Origin: an uncultured Nitrospiraceae bacterium
GTDB lineage: Bacteria > Nitrospirota > Nitrospiria > Nitrospirales > Nitrospiraceae
Assembly: GCA_963846575.1 (NCBI GenBank)
Contig: CAWJWJ010000001.1
Location: forward strand, 800,001-864,000
Direction of reading: 5' to 3'
DNA: 64,000 nucleotides
Made by a program: the position numbers and the translations under genes
Shown here: in pieces, positions 20,041-29,479 of the stretch
How positions within the stretch are numbered: the stretch's first letter is position 1
How the letters are laid out: the number at the start of each line of letters is the position of its first letter
The notes under the pieces: model-generated
The model's database searches: none
Told to the model about the DNA's origin: nothing
What the model saw: only the letters and a program-made list of their open reading frames with translations

Positions 20041-21270
20041 ATGATGACGGCCATGGACGCTCCGGCTCTTTGTAGCTCACGAGTTGCACGCATTCAGCAA
20101 GCCATCCGAGAACATCCGGGGCTTGACGGCTGGCTATTTTATGACTTCCGTCATCTCGACCCGATTGCGTACCGTGTGTTGCTGCTGGATAGCTCGCTGC
20201 ACGTGACGCGGCGTTGGTACTATTGGATTCCCGCGCAAGGCGTTCCTGTCAAACTACAGCATCGCATCGAGCCGCATGTTTTGGATAACCTGCCTGGAGA
20301 GAGTTGGTCGTACGTGTCTTGGCGAGAACAGCAGGCATTGCTGGGGTCCGTCCTCCAATCCGCCAGTCGTGTTGCGATGCAGTACTCGCCTATGAATGCG
20401 ATACCGTACCTATCGCGTGTCGATGCTGGTACCATTGATCTGGTGCGCAGCCTGAAGGTGGACGTGGTGTCCTCCGCGGATTTAGTTCAACAATTCGAAG
20501 CGGTATGGAATGACTCGCAATTGGCCTCCCATCGTGTCGCGGCAGAAGGCCTTCGGGCGATAGTGGATGAGGCGTTTGCCTTTGTGGGGACCTCACTTGC
20601 CGAGCGCAGAGAGGTCACTGAATACGGGCTGCAACAATATATTCTTTCCCGGATGAAGACGCGTGGCCTGGTGACCTCAAGTCCGCCGATCGCTGCCGTC
20701 AATGCCCACAGCGCCGATCCCCATTATGGGCCATCTTCTGAGGGGTCTTCTCCTATCCGACCGGGTGATCTGGTGTTGATCGACCTGTGGGCCAAGCAGC
20801 CTGGTTCCGGTGCGGTTTATGCCGACATTACCTGGACCGGATTCGTGGGGCAGTCTGTGCCTGCACGCCATCAAGAGGTGTTTCAGATCGTGCGGCGTGC
20901 GAGGGACGCCGCCGTGACGTTCGTGCAAAGTCAGGTGCAGGGGGGGACGTTTCCGTACGGATGGGAAGTGGACGATGTTTGTCGAGGGATGATTCAGGAT
21001 GCGGGGTATGGCGAATACTTCGTGCACCGAACCGGCCATTCAATTGGTGAGGAGGTGCACGGCAATGGGGCCAACATCGATAATCTGGAAACACAGGATG
21101 CGCGACGCTTATTGCCGGGCACCTGTTTTTCGATCGAACCGGGGATTTACCTGCCGCAAGAGTTCGGTATCAGAAGCGAACTGGACGTGTATCTTTCCTC
21201 GCACGAGGCCATCGTCTATGGTCAACCGGTTCAAACGGAACTTGTGGCAATTGTCGTCCCTACCACATAG
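20041..21270 (+). CDS. M24 family metallopeptidase (Xaa-Pro aminopeptidase-like)
   Basis: LIDLW…YADITW, HRTGHSIG..VH, FSIEPGIY, IRSE. Confidence 0.9.
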   Translation: MMTAMDAPALCSSRVARIQQAIREHPGLDGWLFYDFRHLDPIAYRVLLLDSSLHVTRRWYYWIPAQGVPVKLQHRIEPHVLDNLPGESWSYVSWREQQALLGSVLQSASRVAMQYSPMNAIPYLSRVDAGTIDLVRSLKVDVVSSADLVQQFEAVWNDSQLASHRVAAEGLRAIVDEAFAFVGTSLAERREVTEYGLQQYILSRMKTRGLVTSSPPIAAVNAHSADPHYGPSSEGSSPIRPGDLVLIDLWAKQPGSGAVYADITWTGFVGQSVPARHQEVFQIVRRARDAAVTFVQSQVQGGTFPYGWEVDDVCRGMIQDAGYGEYFVHRTGHSIGEEVHGNGANIDNLETQDARRLLPGTCFSIEPGIYLPQEFGIRSELDVYLSSHEAIVYGQPVQTELVAIVVPTT

Positions 21271-21415
21271 GCCAGGTGAGTTCCGGGACAGAGGTGATTT
21301 GCCCTCCGCCTTTCTTGACACCTTTTGCATCGGGCAGCTATCGTGAGAGATCGGAGGGCGAGAGAGGTTCTCTAGGACTGACTTGACTCCTATTCGCCGA
21401 GGAAGGACATCGAAC

Positions 21416-22261
21416 ATGTTTGGCACCATGGGATTCTCCGAAATGATTATCATCCTGGTCATCGTGTTAATTATTTTTGGGGCGGGAAAACTTCCTCAAA
21501 TCGGCGAAGGGGTGGGTAAGGCGCTCAAGGGGTTCAAGAAGGAGGTCAATGACATCCCGCCTCCTGAGGCCACGGTTGAACAGAATGTGCCCGCCGCTTC
21601 CCTTGCCGACACTCAGCCTCAGCCGGCACCGGAAACAAATCAGGCGGCCCCACCTTCTACAGTGTCGTCGGTTCCACCCCCTCCCAAACCCACTGCGCCG
21701 TACACGCCTGGTCCAGAGCTAACTCCAGGAACAACAGCCGCTCTCATGGCTGCCGCAGCACCACAAGGTCCGCAATCCCCTAAGGTCCGGGTCGCTCCCC
21801 CTATGCCGGGTCAGACCGCAGCAGGGTCTCCAGGCGCACAGAGCCAGCAGCCTCCAACGATGGAGGATCGGATGGCTACTCCCGCGCCAGGAGTGAGAGG
21901 GCAATACCCGCCTCTTCCGGCCGGCGCCCAGAGCAAGCCCGCGGCGAAACGTCCCTCGGCCATTGTTAACAAGGATGCCGTGGCTCGGGTGCAGGCGGCT
22001 CAGGCGGCCATGCGGGCAAAAGCCACACAATCTCAGCAGGCAGGTGTATCTCCCCAGGACATGCAGGGTTTTGGGGAAGGTCTGGGCGATGCCGTGCGTA
22101 CGTTCCGTCAAGCGGTGGCTGATGTTCGGAATTCGGTCGACCCTGAAATGCGAACGATTCGGGCGGAGATGGATTCGGCCCAGAAAGAGTTGGAGCAGTC
22201 GATCGAGGCCGCCAAACAAGATCCCGTGCCCGATGATGATTCTTCATCGAAACCTGTCTAG
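21416..22261 (+). CDS. tatA: Twin-arginine translocase TatA/TatE-family subunit with long Pro-rich extension
   Basis: MGFSEMIIILVIVLIIFGAGKLPQIGEGVGKALKGFKK: TM helix, FG hinge and amphipathic helix. Confidence 0.8.
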   Translation: MFGTMGFSEMIIILVIVLIIFGAGKLPQIGEGVGKALKGFKKEVNDIPPPEATVEQNVPAASLADTQPQPAPETNQAAPPSTVSSVPPPPKPTAPYTPGPELTPGTTAALMAAAAPQGPQSPKVRVAPPMPGQTAAGSPGAQSQQPPTMEDRMATPAPGVRGQYPPLPAGAQSKPAAKRPSAIVNKDAVARVQAAQAAMRAKATQSQQAGVSPQDMQGFGEGLGDAVRTFRQAVADVRNSVDPEMRTIRAEMDSAQKELEQSIEAAKQDPVPDDDSSSKPV

Positions 22262-22305
22262 CTCGGACCCTCGGATTCACTGACTTAGACGAGGTTCTTC
22301 CTCTC

Positions 22306-23094
22306 GTGTCGTCTCGTCCCGTCATCCATTGCGGCCTCTTGATTGTTCTCTGCGTAGTGGCCGGGTGTTATGTCGACGCGCCCCCGGCCAGGCCGGAAGT
22401 CATATCCGCACGCCTGATTGAACTGCTTGATGATCCGGATCCCGATATGCGGCGCGCCGTGGCAGAATCGCTGGGAAAAATTGGATATTACTCGGCGGCG
22501 CCAGGGCTTGTTTCGGCGCTGGACGATTCTGAAGCGCGGGTAAGGGCTGCTGCCGCCCTTTCATTGGGCCGGCTAGGTCACAGGGAGAGCGGTGGTGCAC
22601 TCGTAAGGTGTCTTGCAGATTCAGCTGAGTCAGTAAGAATGGCTGCCGCCCTGGCGCTTGGGGAGCTCGAACCATCCCTGGCTTGGGAGGCATTGATTCT
22701 TGCTAGGCTAGGCCAGGGACGTGGTCCGGAACGCATGGCTGCAAGCCGGGCCTTGCTCGGACTGGACACCATTACATTCACGGACGCTCTCCCTCGTGCT
22801 CTGAGCGATCCGGATCCGAGGATTCGTCAGGGAATTGCGGCTGCGTTGGGGGAGACGGGCGATGTGCGGGCCGTGCCCTTCCTGCTCTCGCTCCTCCAGA
22901 CAGATGTCTTCGCTGGCGTACGGACGGAAGCGGCGTTTCGACTTGGGAAAATCGGTGATGACCGGGTTGCGGTTGATTTGGCGAAGGCTGCTCAGGCCGA
23001 CTCAGACGCGGTGGTTCGCGGATGGGCGCGATGGGGAATGCAGCAAATTACGCAGTCGCACGAGTTCGGTTCAGGGATTCGACCAGTTCGATGA
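22306..23094 (+). CDS. HEAT-repeat (PBS lyase-like) putative lipoprotein
   Basis: Lipobox-like VAGC; repeated D..VR..AA.ALG units. Confidence 0.8.
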   Translation: MSSRPVIHCGLLIVLCVVAGCYVDAPPARPEVISARLIELLDDPDPDMRRAVAESLGKIGYYSAAPGLVSALDDSEARVRAAAALSLGRLGHRESGGALVRCLADSAESVRMAAALALGELEPSLAWEALILARLGQGRGPERMAASRALLGLDTITFTDALPRALSDPDPRIRQGIAAALGETGDVRAVPFLLSLLQTDVFAGVRTEAAFRLGKIGDDRVAVDLAKAAQADSDAVVRGWARWGMQQITQSHEFGSGIRPVR

Positions 23095-23566
23095 GCCCTT
23101 CCTGCGCAGTCTTATCAATGTCTGTAAATTGGATGCCCATGCCAGGAAAGAGCAAGTATCGCTCGGGTTTTAAGCGTGTCCATGCGACCTTTGCGCGGGT
23201 TTCAAATTTCTCCCCTGGTCGATCGGGCAGCGCGAATTCCACTTTCAGCTCGGTCCCCAGTGGAAGTGGCGTACTGCTTTCGATGAAAAGTCCTCCTCCG
23301 CCAATACCCCCAGTCAGACTGTCAAAATGCCTGCCATCTGGAGTAATGCAATGGACCTTAATTGCGAGAGGGGCTCGTGGATGCAGGCGACTGTGTGCAA
23401 AGCGGGCGTCTTCGTCAACCGAGAGGATATGCTCAATTATCGTGCCCCAGCTCACGATACCAAGAAGCTGGTTTTTCGCATCGAATAGGGAGACGGTTTC
23501 TTGATCGCAATCGATGCCGAGTATTTTCCCCTGATGCTCACGAGTGGCGGTGACAGGAAATTTCAT
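23048..23566 (-). CDS. PilZ-domain protein (TIGR02266-like)
   Basis: RLHPR, GGGGLFIES, PLGT, VAW, PGMGIQF. Confidence 0.8.
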   Translation of the reverse strand: MKFPVTATREHQGKILGIDCDQETVSLFDAKNQLLGIVSWGTIIEHILSVDEDARFAHSRLHPRAPLAIKVHCITPDGRHFDSLTGGIGGGGLFIESSTPLPLGTELKVEFALPDRPGEKFETRAKVAWTRLKPERYLLFPGMGIQFTDIDKTAQEGLIELVESLNRTRATA

Positions 23567-23617
23567 CTTGGGTACAAACCTTCGCGTGGTTGTAGTACAA
23601 AGTCGAATCGGCAACGG

Positions 23618-24154
23618 TCACTTGGTCCGTTGCAACGGGTCGTTCTGCGGAATACCTTTGACTGAATGGATCAGACTCAGGACTCGGCTTCGTGTTTCCT
23701 GAGTGATATCGGTGAAGCGTACGCCCATGCCGGGGCTAAACGTGTACTGATCTGCCTTGGGGCAGACCCAGGCGATGCCTCCCTTCGCAAACAACCACTC
23801 GCCTGGACTTTCGGGGAGTGTGAATTCCATGCTCAGCTTGGTCCCGACCGCCAATGGCGCCATACTCTCAATGAAAAGTCCGCCTCCGCCTATTCCGCCT
23901 GCGCGACTCTCAAACTGAGTGCCTTCAGGAGTGGTGTACTTGACCCGGATGGAGAGCGAGATGCGGGGTTCGGCCCGAGCTTCACGGAGTGGTTGCGGTG
24001 TTCGGTATGTGAGAATTTGGTCGACAATGAAATCCCAAGACAAGCTTCCCGCCGGTTCGCCATTAATGCCGACTAGGTTAATCATTTCGCTGGCGGGGTC
24101 GATTTCGAGCATTTTCCCCTTGTGTCTGTTGCTCGATAAAATTGGCAATTTCAC
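23618..24154 (-). CDS. PilZ-domain protein (paralog of the neighbour)
   Basis: RAEPR, GGGGLFIES, IAW, PGMGVRF. Confidence 0.8.
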   Translation of the reverse strand: MKLPILSSNRHKGKMLEIDPASEMINLVGINGEPAGSLSWDFIVDQILTYRTPQPLREARAEPRISLSIRVKYTTPEGTQFESRAGGIGGGGLFIESMAPLAVGTKLSMEFTLPESPGEWLFAKGGIAWVCPKADQYTFSPGMGVRFTDITQETRSRVLSLIHSVKGIPQNDPLQRTK

Positions 24155-24299
24155 GCGCGCTATCCCTCAGAACATAACGCCTTGGGGGAGCTAGTATCTT
24201 TACGAGAGTATACCTCATGGAATCGTTTTGTCGACAAAAAGCAAGAGTTTAGGATTAAGGCGGAAGGGAGAGCGAGAGATACTTCCCCAAGATGAGGAA

Positions 24300-24319
24300 G
24301 AGGGGGCCGAAGCCCCCTC
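24300..24319 (-). terminator. Terminator-like hairpin after clpX
   Basis: Minus strand GAGGGGGC-TTCG-GCCCCCTC perfect stem with cUUCGg loop; T-tail is weak. Confidence 0.6.
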
Positions 24320-24363
24320 ATGATTCAAAAGCGGTTTGGTCGACGGGAAATCGAATGGGATGA

Positions 24364-25620
24364 CTAGGCGCTCTTCACGTCCTTGTCCTGCTCAAAAATG
24401 CGGATTGGAGCATGTTTGCCGCTGATGGCGTCCTCGGTGATTACAACTTCTTTAATCTGCTTCTGAGACGGAGCATCATACATCACGTCGAGCATGGCCT
24501 CCTCGAGGATTGAGCGCAATCCACGAGCGCCTGTTTTCTGCGTGAAGGCCTTTCGTGCAATCGCCCCCAGCGCCGCGTCGGTGAATCTAAGTTTTACTTT
24601 CTCGAAAGAGAGGAGTTTTTCGTATTGTTTGGTAAGGGCGTTTCTCGGCTCGGTGAGAATACGGATCAGTGCCTCTTCATCCAGTTCATCAAGAGTGGCG
24701 ACCACTGGGAGTCGACCAATAAATTCAGGGATCAGGCCGTACTTCAAAAGGTCTTCTGGTTGGACATGCGGCAGCAGTTCCCCAAGCCGCACATCGTTTC
24801 GGCCACGAACATCCGCGCCAAAACCCATCGATCTTTTGTTCATGCGCTGCTCGATGATATGCTCCAATCCGACAAATGCCCCACCGCAGATGAACAGGAT
24901 GTTGGCGGTGTTCACCTGGATAAACTCCTGGTGGGGGTGCTTGCGCCCCCCTTGAGGAGGGACATTGGCAACCGTTCCTTCAATGAGTTTGAGGAGCGCC
25001 TGTTGCACGCCCTCTCCCGAGACGTCCCTTGTAATGGACGGACTGTCGCTTTTTCTGCTGATTTTATCGATTTCATCGATGTATACGATGCCGCGTTCTG
25101 CGCGTTCGACGTCGTAGTCGGCGGCCTGCAGCAGCTTGAGAATGATGTTTTCCACATCTTCTCCGACGTAGCCGGCTTCTGTAAGTGTCGTGGCGTCAGC
25201 CAGAGTGAAGGGCACATCCAAAAACTTGGCAAGGGTTTGGGCCAATAAGGTTTTTCCCGTGCCGGTGGGGCCGATGACCAAAATGTTGCCTTTTTGGAGT
25301 TCGACGTCGTCAACGTCTTTGTCCTTGGCAGAGATGCGTTTGTAGTGATTATGTACGGCTACGGATAAAATTCTCTTAGCACGATCCTGCCCCACCACAT
25401 ATTGGTCAAGATGATGCTTGATTTCCGCAGGTTTTTTTAGTTTAGAGGATATCTCCTCCTTTGCCTCTTCCCAGTCCTCCGCAATGATGTCATTGCAGAG
25501 ATTGACGCATTCGTCGCAGATATAGACGGTCGGACCAGCGATTAATTTCCGTACTTCGTCACGACTTTTTCCGCAAAACGAACAACGCAGGTGTCGATCT
25601 ATCTTTTCTTGCTTAGCCAT
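24364..25620 (-). CDS. clpX: ATP-dependent Clp protease ATP-binding subunit
   Basis: CSFC…CDEC zinc finger, [30 protein letters not shown]. Confidence 0.98.
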   Translation of the reverse strand: MAKQEKIDRHLRCSFCGKSRDEVRKLIAGPTVYICDECVNLCNDIIAEDWEEAKEEISSKLKKPAEIKHHLDQYVVGQDRAKRILSVAVHNHYKRISAKDKDVDDVELQKGNILVIGPTGTGKTLLAQTLAKFLDVPFTLADATTLTEAGYVGEDVENIILKLLQAADYDVERAERGIVYIDEIDKISRKSDSPSITRDVSGEGVQQALLKLIEGTVANVPPQGGRKHPHQEFIQVNTANILFICGGAFVGLEHIIEQRMNKRSMGFGADVRGRNDVRLGELLPHVQPEDLLKYGLIPEFIGRLPVVATLDELDEEALIRILTEPRNALTKQYEKLLSFEKVKLRFTDAALGAIARKAFTQKTGARGLRSILEEAMLDVMYDAPSQKQIKEVVITEDAISGKHAPIRIFEQDKDVKSA

Positions 25621-25645
25621 GCTGCCTCCTGTACACCAAGGTCAA

Positions 25646-26281
25646 CTAGCTCTTGCCGCCCTCTTTCCCTGAATCCGTAGACCCTAGCGGTTTGAGGCTT
25701 TTCAGTGGGCGTGTAATGACTTCGTCGATAAGCCCGTAACGCTTTGCTTCCTCGCTCGACATAAAATAGTCTCGCTCTGTATCCTGGGAAATCTTGTCGA
25801 GCGGCTGTCCGGTGTGTTTGGCCATGATTTCGTTTAAGCGTTCACGAATTTTTAAGATCTCTCGTGCGTGAATGTCGATTTCGGTCGCCTGCCCCTGGAA
25901 CCCGCCCATCGGTTGATGGATCATGACCCGAGCATTCGGTAAGGCATAGCGCTTCCCCTTGGTACCAGCGGTTAGGAGAAAAGCGCCCATGCTCGCTGCC
26001 TGACCCAGACATATTGTGTTAATGGCAGGCTTGACGTATTGCATGGTATCGTAAATACCCAATCCAGCGGTTACGCTTCCGCCGGGAGAATTGATATAGA
26101 GATTAATGTCTTTCTCAGGGTCTTCGGCTTCCAGGAACAGCAATTGCGCGATGATCAAGTTCGCGAACACGTCATCGATAGGTGCGCCGAGAAAGATGAT
26201 ACGATCTTTAAGAAGACGTGAATAGATGTCGTAGGCACGTTCGCCGCGGTTTGTCTGTTCGATGACAATCGGAACTAACAT
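25646..26281 (-). CDS. clpP: Clp protease proteolytic subunit
   Basis: [29 protein letters not shown]. Confidence 0.98.
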   Translation of the reverse strand: MLVPIVIEQTNRGERAYDIYSRLLKDRIIFLGAPIDDVFANLIIAQLLFLEAEDPEKDINLYINSPGGSVTAGLGIYDTMQYVKPAINTICLGQAASMGAFLLTAGTKGKRYALPNARVMIHQPMGGFQGQATEIDIHAREILKIRERLNEIMAKHTGQPLDKISQDTERDYFMSSEEAKRYGLIDEVITRPLKSLKPLGSTDSGKEGGKS

Positions 26282-26405
26282 TCAGCTGAATCCTTTCCGC
26301 TAGAGGCCCTGCAAGTAGAAACTCACTATTTTACCACGTGTGCAATCCAGTATCTGGGATCCCTACTGGGATTCTTGCCACCCGGGTTCCAATTGCCTGA
26401 GGTCG

Positions 26406-27731
26406 TTATCCTTGAATCATGGCGTGACGGTATACGAAATCTAAGGCCTTATCCGCTAAGATTCTGGCCTGAAGATCATCCAGGGTGTCTTTCCCGCCAG
26501 CCTGAATCATGCGTCGAACCTCGTCACTAGAAAGTTTGACCTCTGCGGCAAGTCTCTCAATCTCATGGTTTAGATCTTCATTTGTGACGGAGATGCTTTC
26601 TTTTGTGGCGACAGCTTCAAGAATTAATCCCACCTTCACCCGTCGCTCTGCTTCCGGCCGATATTCTTCTTGGAGCTTGGTGACGTCATCTGCTTGAGAG
26701 TCTGAGGGGGAAGGATCAGAATTGTCCGTTGATTTGCGCTGACGGGATTGCAACTGCTGCCGAACCATGGCTGACAGTTCTCGCTCAACCAATGTTTGCG
26801 GTAGTTCAAAGTGATGAGTTTCTGCCAGACGTTTTAGAATTGTGTCCTTGTAAGAATCCTCAATGTCTTTTTGTAAAGCCCGCTCCATTTCGGCTCGAAG
26901 TTTGTCGCGAAGCTCCTGCAAGGACTGGTAGGGTCCGCAGTCTTTGGCGAATTCATCGTCCAAAGCAGGAAGCTGCTTCTGCTTTATCGATTGGATGGTA
27001 CAACGAAACGTCACGGTCTTGCCCGCAACCCGAGCATCAGGGTGAGTGGCAGGATAGGCTTGCGGGATAACGACCGTTTCCGCTTCCTTCTTCGCCAAAA
27101 GATGGGGCTCTACGTCGATGCCTAACACGGATGCATGTGAGCCCACCTTGTGCAGGTGGGCCTGTTTTGTGGTCCCTTCGAGCGGGATGCCATCCAAGCT
27201 GCCTTCGACATTAAGGATTGCGAAATCACCCTCTGCCAAGGCCGTTCCCGTTGGCGCCGGATGCAGTTGGGCCATTTGCTCGCGGAGAACGTCGAGGGCT
27301 TTCTCAACTTGTTCGTCGGTCACTGTGCGGTGATCCTGCTTGAGCGAGATGGGATTGGGGGCTTTGTAATCTCTCAGTTCGATTGTCGGCTTGATTTCGA
27401 CAGTGGCGGTGAAGCTGAAGGGAGTGTCCTTCTTGACCTTGACCCGTTCCAGCGGAGGAATTTCAACGAGTACTGGGACTATCCCTGCCTGGCGAATGGC
27501 TCGATCATAATAATCTGGCACCAAGCCTCGAATGACATCCTCTTCGACGGTCTTTGCGTAACGTTTTTCCAACAATTGTAATGGGGCTTTTCCGGCCCGG
27601 AAACCGGGGATATGGACTTGCCGGTTCAGTTCCGAGTAGGCTCGGACAAAGCGCAAGTTCACTTCATCTGCCGGAACTTCGATTTTGAGGGCCCTCTTCA
27701 TAGGGCCGAGTTCGGTCATTTCCAATTTCAT
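26406..27731 (-). CDS. tig: Trigger factor
   Basis: GFRAGKAP ribosome-binding motif, LPALDDEFAK; canonical tig-clpP-clpX order. Confidence 0.95.
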   Translation of the reverse strand: MKLEMTELGPMKRALKIEVPADEVNLRFVRAYSELNRQVHIPGFRAGKAPLQLLEKRYAKTVEEDVIRGLVPDYYDRAIRQAGIVPVLVEIPPLERVKVKKDTPFSFTATVEIKPTIELRDYKAPNPISLKQDHRTVTDEQVEKALDVLREQMAQLHPAPTGTALAEGDFAILNVEGSLDGIPLEGTTKQAHLHKVGSHASVLGIDVEPHLLAKKEAETVVIPQAYPATHPDARVAGKTVTFRCTIQSIKQKQLPALDDEFAKDCGPYQSLQELRDKLRAEMERALQKDIEDSYKDTILKRLAETHHFELPQTLVERELSAMVRQQLQSRQRKSTDNSDPSPSDSQADDVTKLQEEYRPEAERRVKVGLILEAVATKESISVTNEDLNHEIERLAAEVKLSSDEVRRMIQAGGKDTLDDLQARILADKALDFVYRHAMIQG

Positions 27732-27793
27732 AGGCCTAATCGCTTCCTCTGGATACGTATAATTGTTGGCGTCACGCAGGGGCACTGAGTTAA

Positions 27794-27876
27794 TGGTGCG
27801 AGAGGGGGGACTTGAACCCCCACGGTTACCCACGAGATCCTAAGTCTCGCGCGTCTGCCAGTTCCGCCACTCTCGC
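27794..27876 (-). tRNA. tRNA-Leu(TAG)
   Basis: Reverse complement GCGAGAGTGGCGGAACTGGCAGACGCGCGAGACTTAGGATCTCG…GGTTCAAGTCCCCCCTCTCGCACCA. Confidence 0.97.
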
Positions 27877-28171
27877 GCGACGCTGACACCAGGCTGCTCG
27901 CTGATGCTACATACGAAATGTGCCTGCTGGTGGAAAGATCCGTTGAATAGTGCCATTTTGTACCGTCGATCGAGTCTACCTGTCAACCCATACGCCTGCG
28001 GGGCGCATTTGTTTTAGCATCTGCTAGCACGCTCGTCCCCCTCGACCTCGAGTTGCAAGGGACCCTCTGTTGGTCCATTACTGGCACCACAGTTATTGAC
28101 GAGGGTATAATGACATATCCGCTCCTCATAACCTACCGCTCTTGAGTCTCTTCGGGAAGGAGGAACCGGTC

Positions 28172-29257
28172 ATGAAACCTGCTGCTTCGATCGCCGCAAC
28201 ATTCTTCGGCCTTCTGGTGTTCGGAATGGTTCCCACTGTTTCGGCCTATCGGGACTACTTTACCCTGGAGCAAAAGGATCAACTTGGGAAAATTCAGACC
28301 GTTTTGGTGGATGCCATTGTCCTGACCGATAAAGGGGTTGGTAATGCAGAGGCAATTAAGGAAGTTGTAATGCATCGTATGCGCCATCTGGGCTATGCAG
28401 TGGTAGCACAAGCCAGTAACCCCCATGATGTTCTCCTCAGGGTGAAGTGTGAGCAACGTAAGACGTGGGAAGGGACAGCCTCTGCAGGCGGGGATAATGA
28501 CCTGCCCGATGCTCCCTCGCGTTTGTGGAAGGGGCCAGCCTGCCAGATCACCTATGAGCTGGGCGGAATCAAGGTGAAGTGGCAAAAAGAGGTTCGTACT
28601 GAGTTTGTCGATGCGGTTCAGGCTGCTCAGTCAGCTCATAGTGAAGACCCCGGTTTGTACGCGGTAGGTGCACTCCGTGATGCGCTTGAGAAATACGAAT
28701 TTCCTCTGCTATTGACGGCTGAGTGGGGTCAACCGGATCGGTTGCTGAAGTTCATGGACTCACGTGAAGCCACTCAACTTCAAAAGTTGAAGATCATTTC
28801 TTTGTTGGGCGAAATGGAAGCAGATGAGGCGCTGCCACGCCTCAGGGAGGCGCTGAAAGACAAAGGACTGGCGGCGCAAGCCGCAGTGGCGCTCGGGAAC
28901 ATGGGAAAAGAAGGGATCCCTGTACTGGTGGATATTCTCAAGCATTCAAAGCGACCTGAACTGCAAGCGGCTGCTGCAAAAGGTTTGGGTGATCTAGGCA
29001 ATATTCATAATGATCCAAGGGTGGTTCCTCCGTTGCTTGAAATGTTGGACGCACCGGGTATCGACATTACGGTTCAAACCGAGATCGCCTGGGCCTTGGG
29101 GCATGTGCCGGACCGACGCTCGGTAGAACCGCTGTTCGCGCTCGACAGGAAGCTCCAGAAAATTAGGAATGATCCTCCTGACCCCCAGGTTAAAAAACTC
29201 AAAGAAGCGGTCTTTTGGTCAATTAAGCAGGTCTACACGGAGGATCAGTACAGCTGA
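28172..29257 (+). CDS. Exported HEAT-repeat protein
   Basis: AGGAGG RBS, signal peptide ending VSA, C-terminal HEAT units (AAVALGNMG, AAAKGLGDLG, IAWALGHV). Confidence 0.8.
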   Translation: MKPAASIAATFFGLLVFGMVPTVSAYRDYFTLEQKDQLGKIQTVLVDAIVLTDKGVGNAEAIKEVVMHRMRHLGYAVVAQASNPHDVLLRVKCEQRKTWEGTASAGGDNDLPDAPSRLWKGPACQITYELGGIKVKWQKEVRTEFVDAVQAAQSAHSEDPGLYAVGALRDALEKYEFPLLLTAEWGQPDRLLKFMDSREATQLQKLKIISLLGEMEADEALPRLREALKDKGLAAQAAVALGNMGKEGIPVLVDILKHSKRPELQAAAAKGLGDLGNIHNDPRVVPPLLEMLDAPGIDITVQTEIAWALGHVPDRRSVEPLFALDRKLQKIRNDPPDPQVKKLKEAVFWSIKQVYTEDQYS

Positions 29258-29479
29258 AGACTGCTGGCGCTCATTCCGATTCGGTCACTTCTCTGTCCAC
29301 GTCGCGAGCTTCATGCTGAAGGGAAGGAGGGAATTTACGACCAGTGCGCTAAAAGGGGGGGAAGTTACTCGCCATAGATCATGAGAGGCCTGCCGCCGAC
29401 GTGGTGGTGCTCGGCCAGGGCGCCGGTGTTAGGGAGTCTACGGCCGACTGAAGTAACCGGTCAGAATGGCCGCCCGAGG

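Noticed and set aside
27732..27833. N-terminal extension of trigger factor in the ORF track
   Set aside because: Runs through tRNA-Leu; the real start is the ATG at 27731
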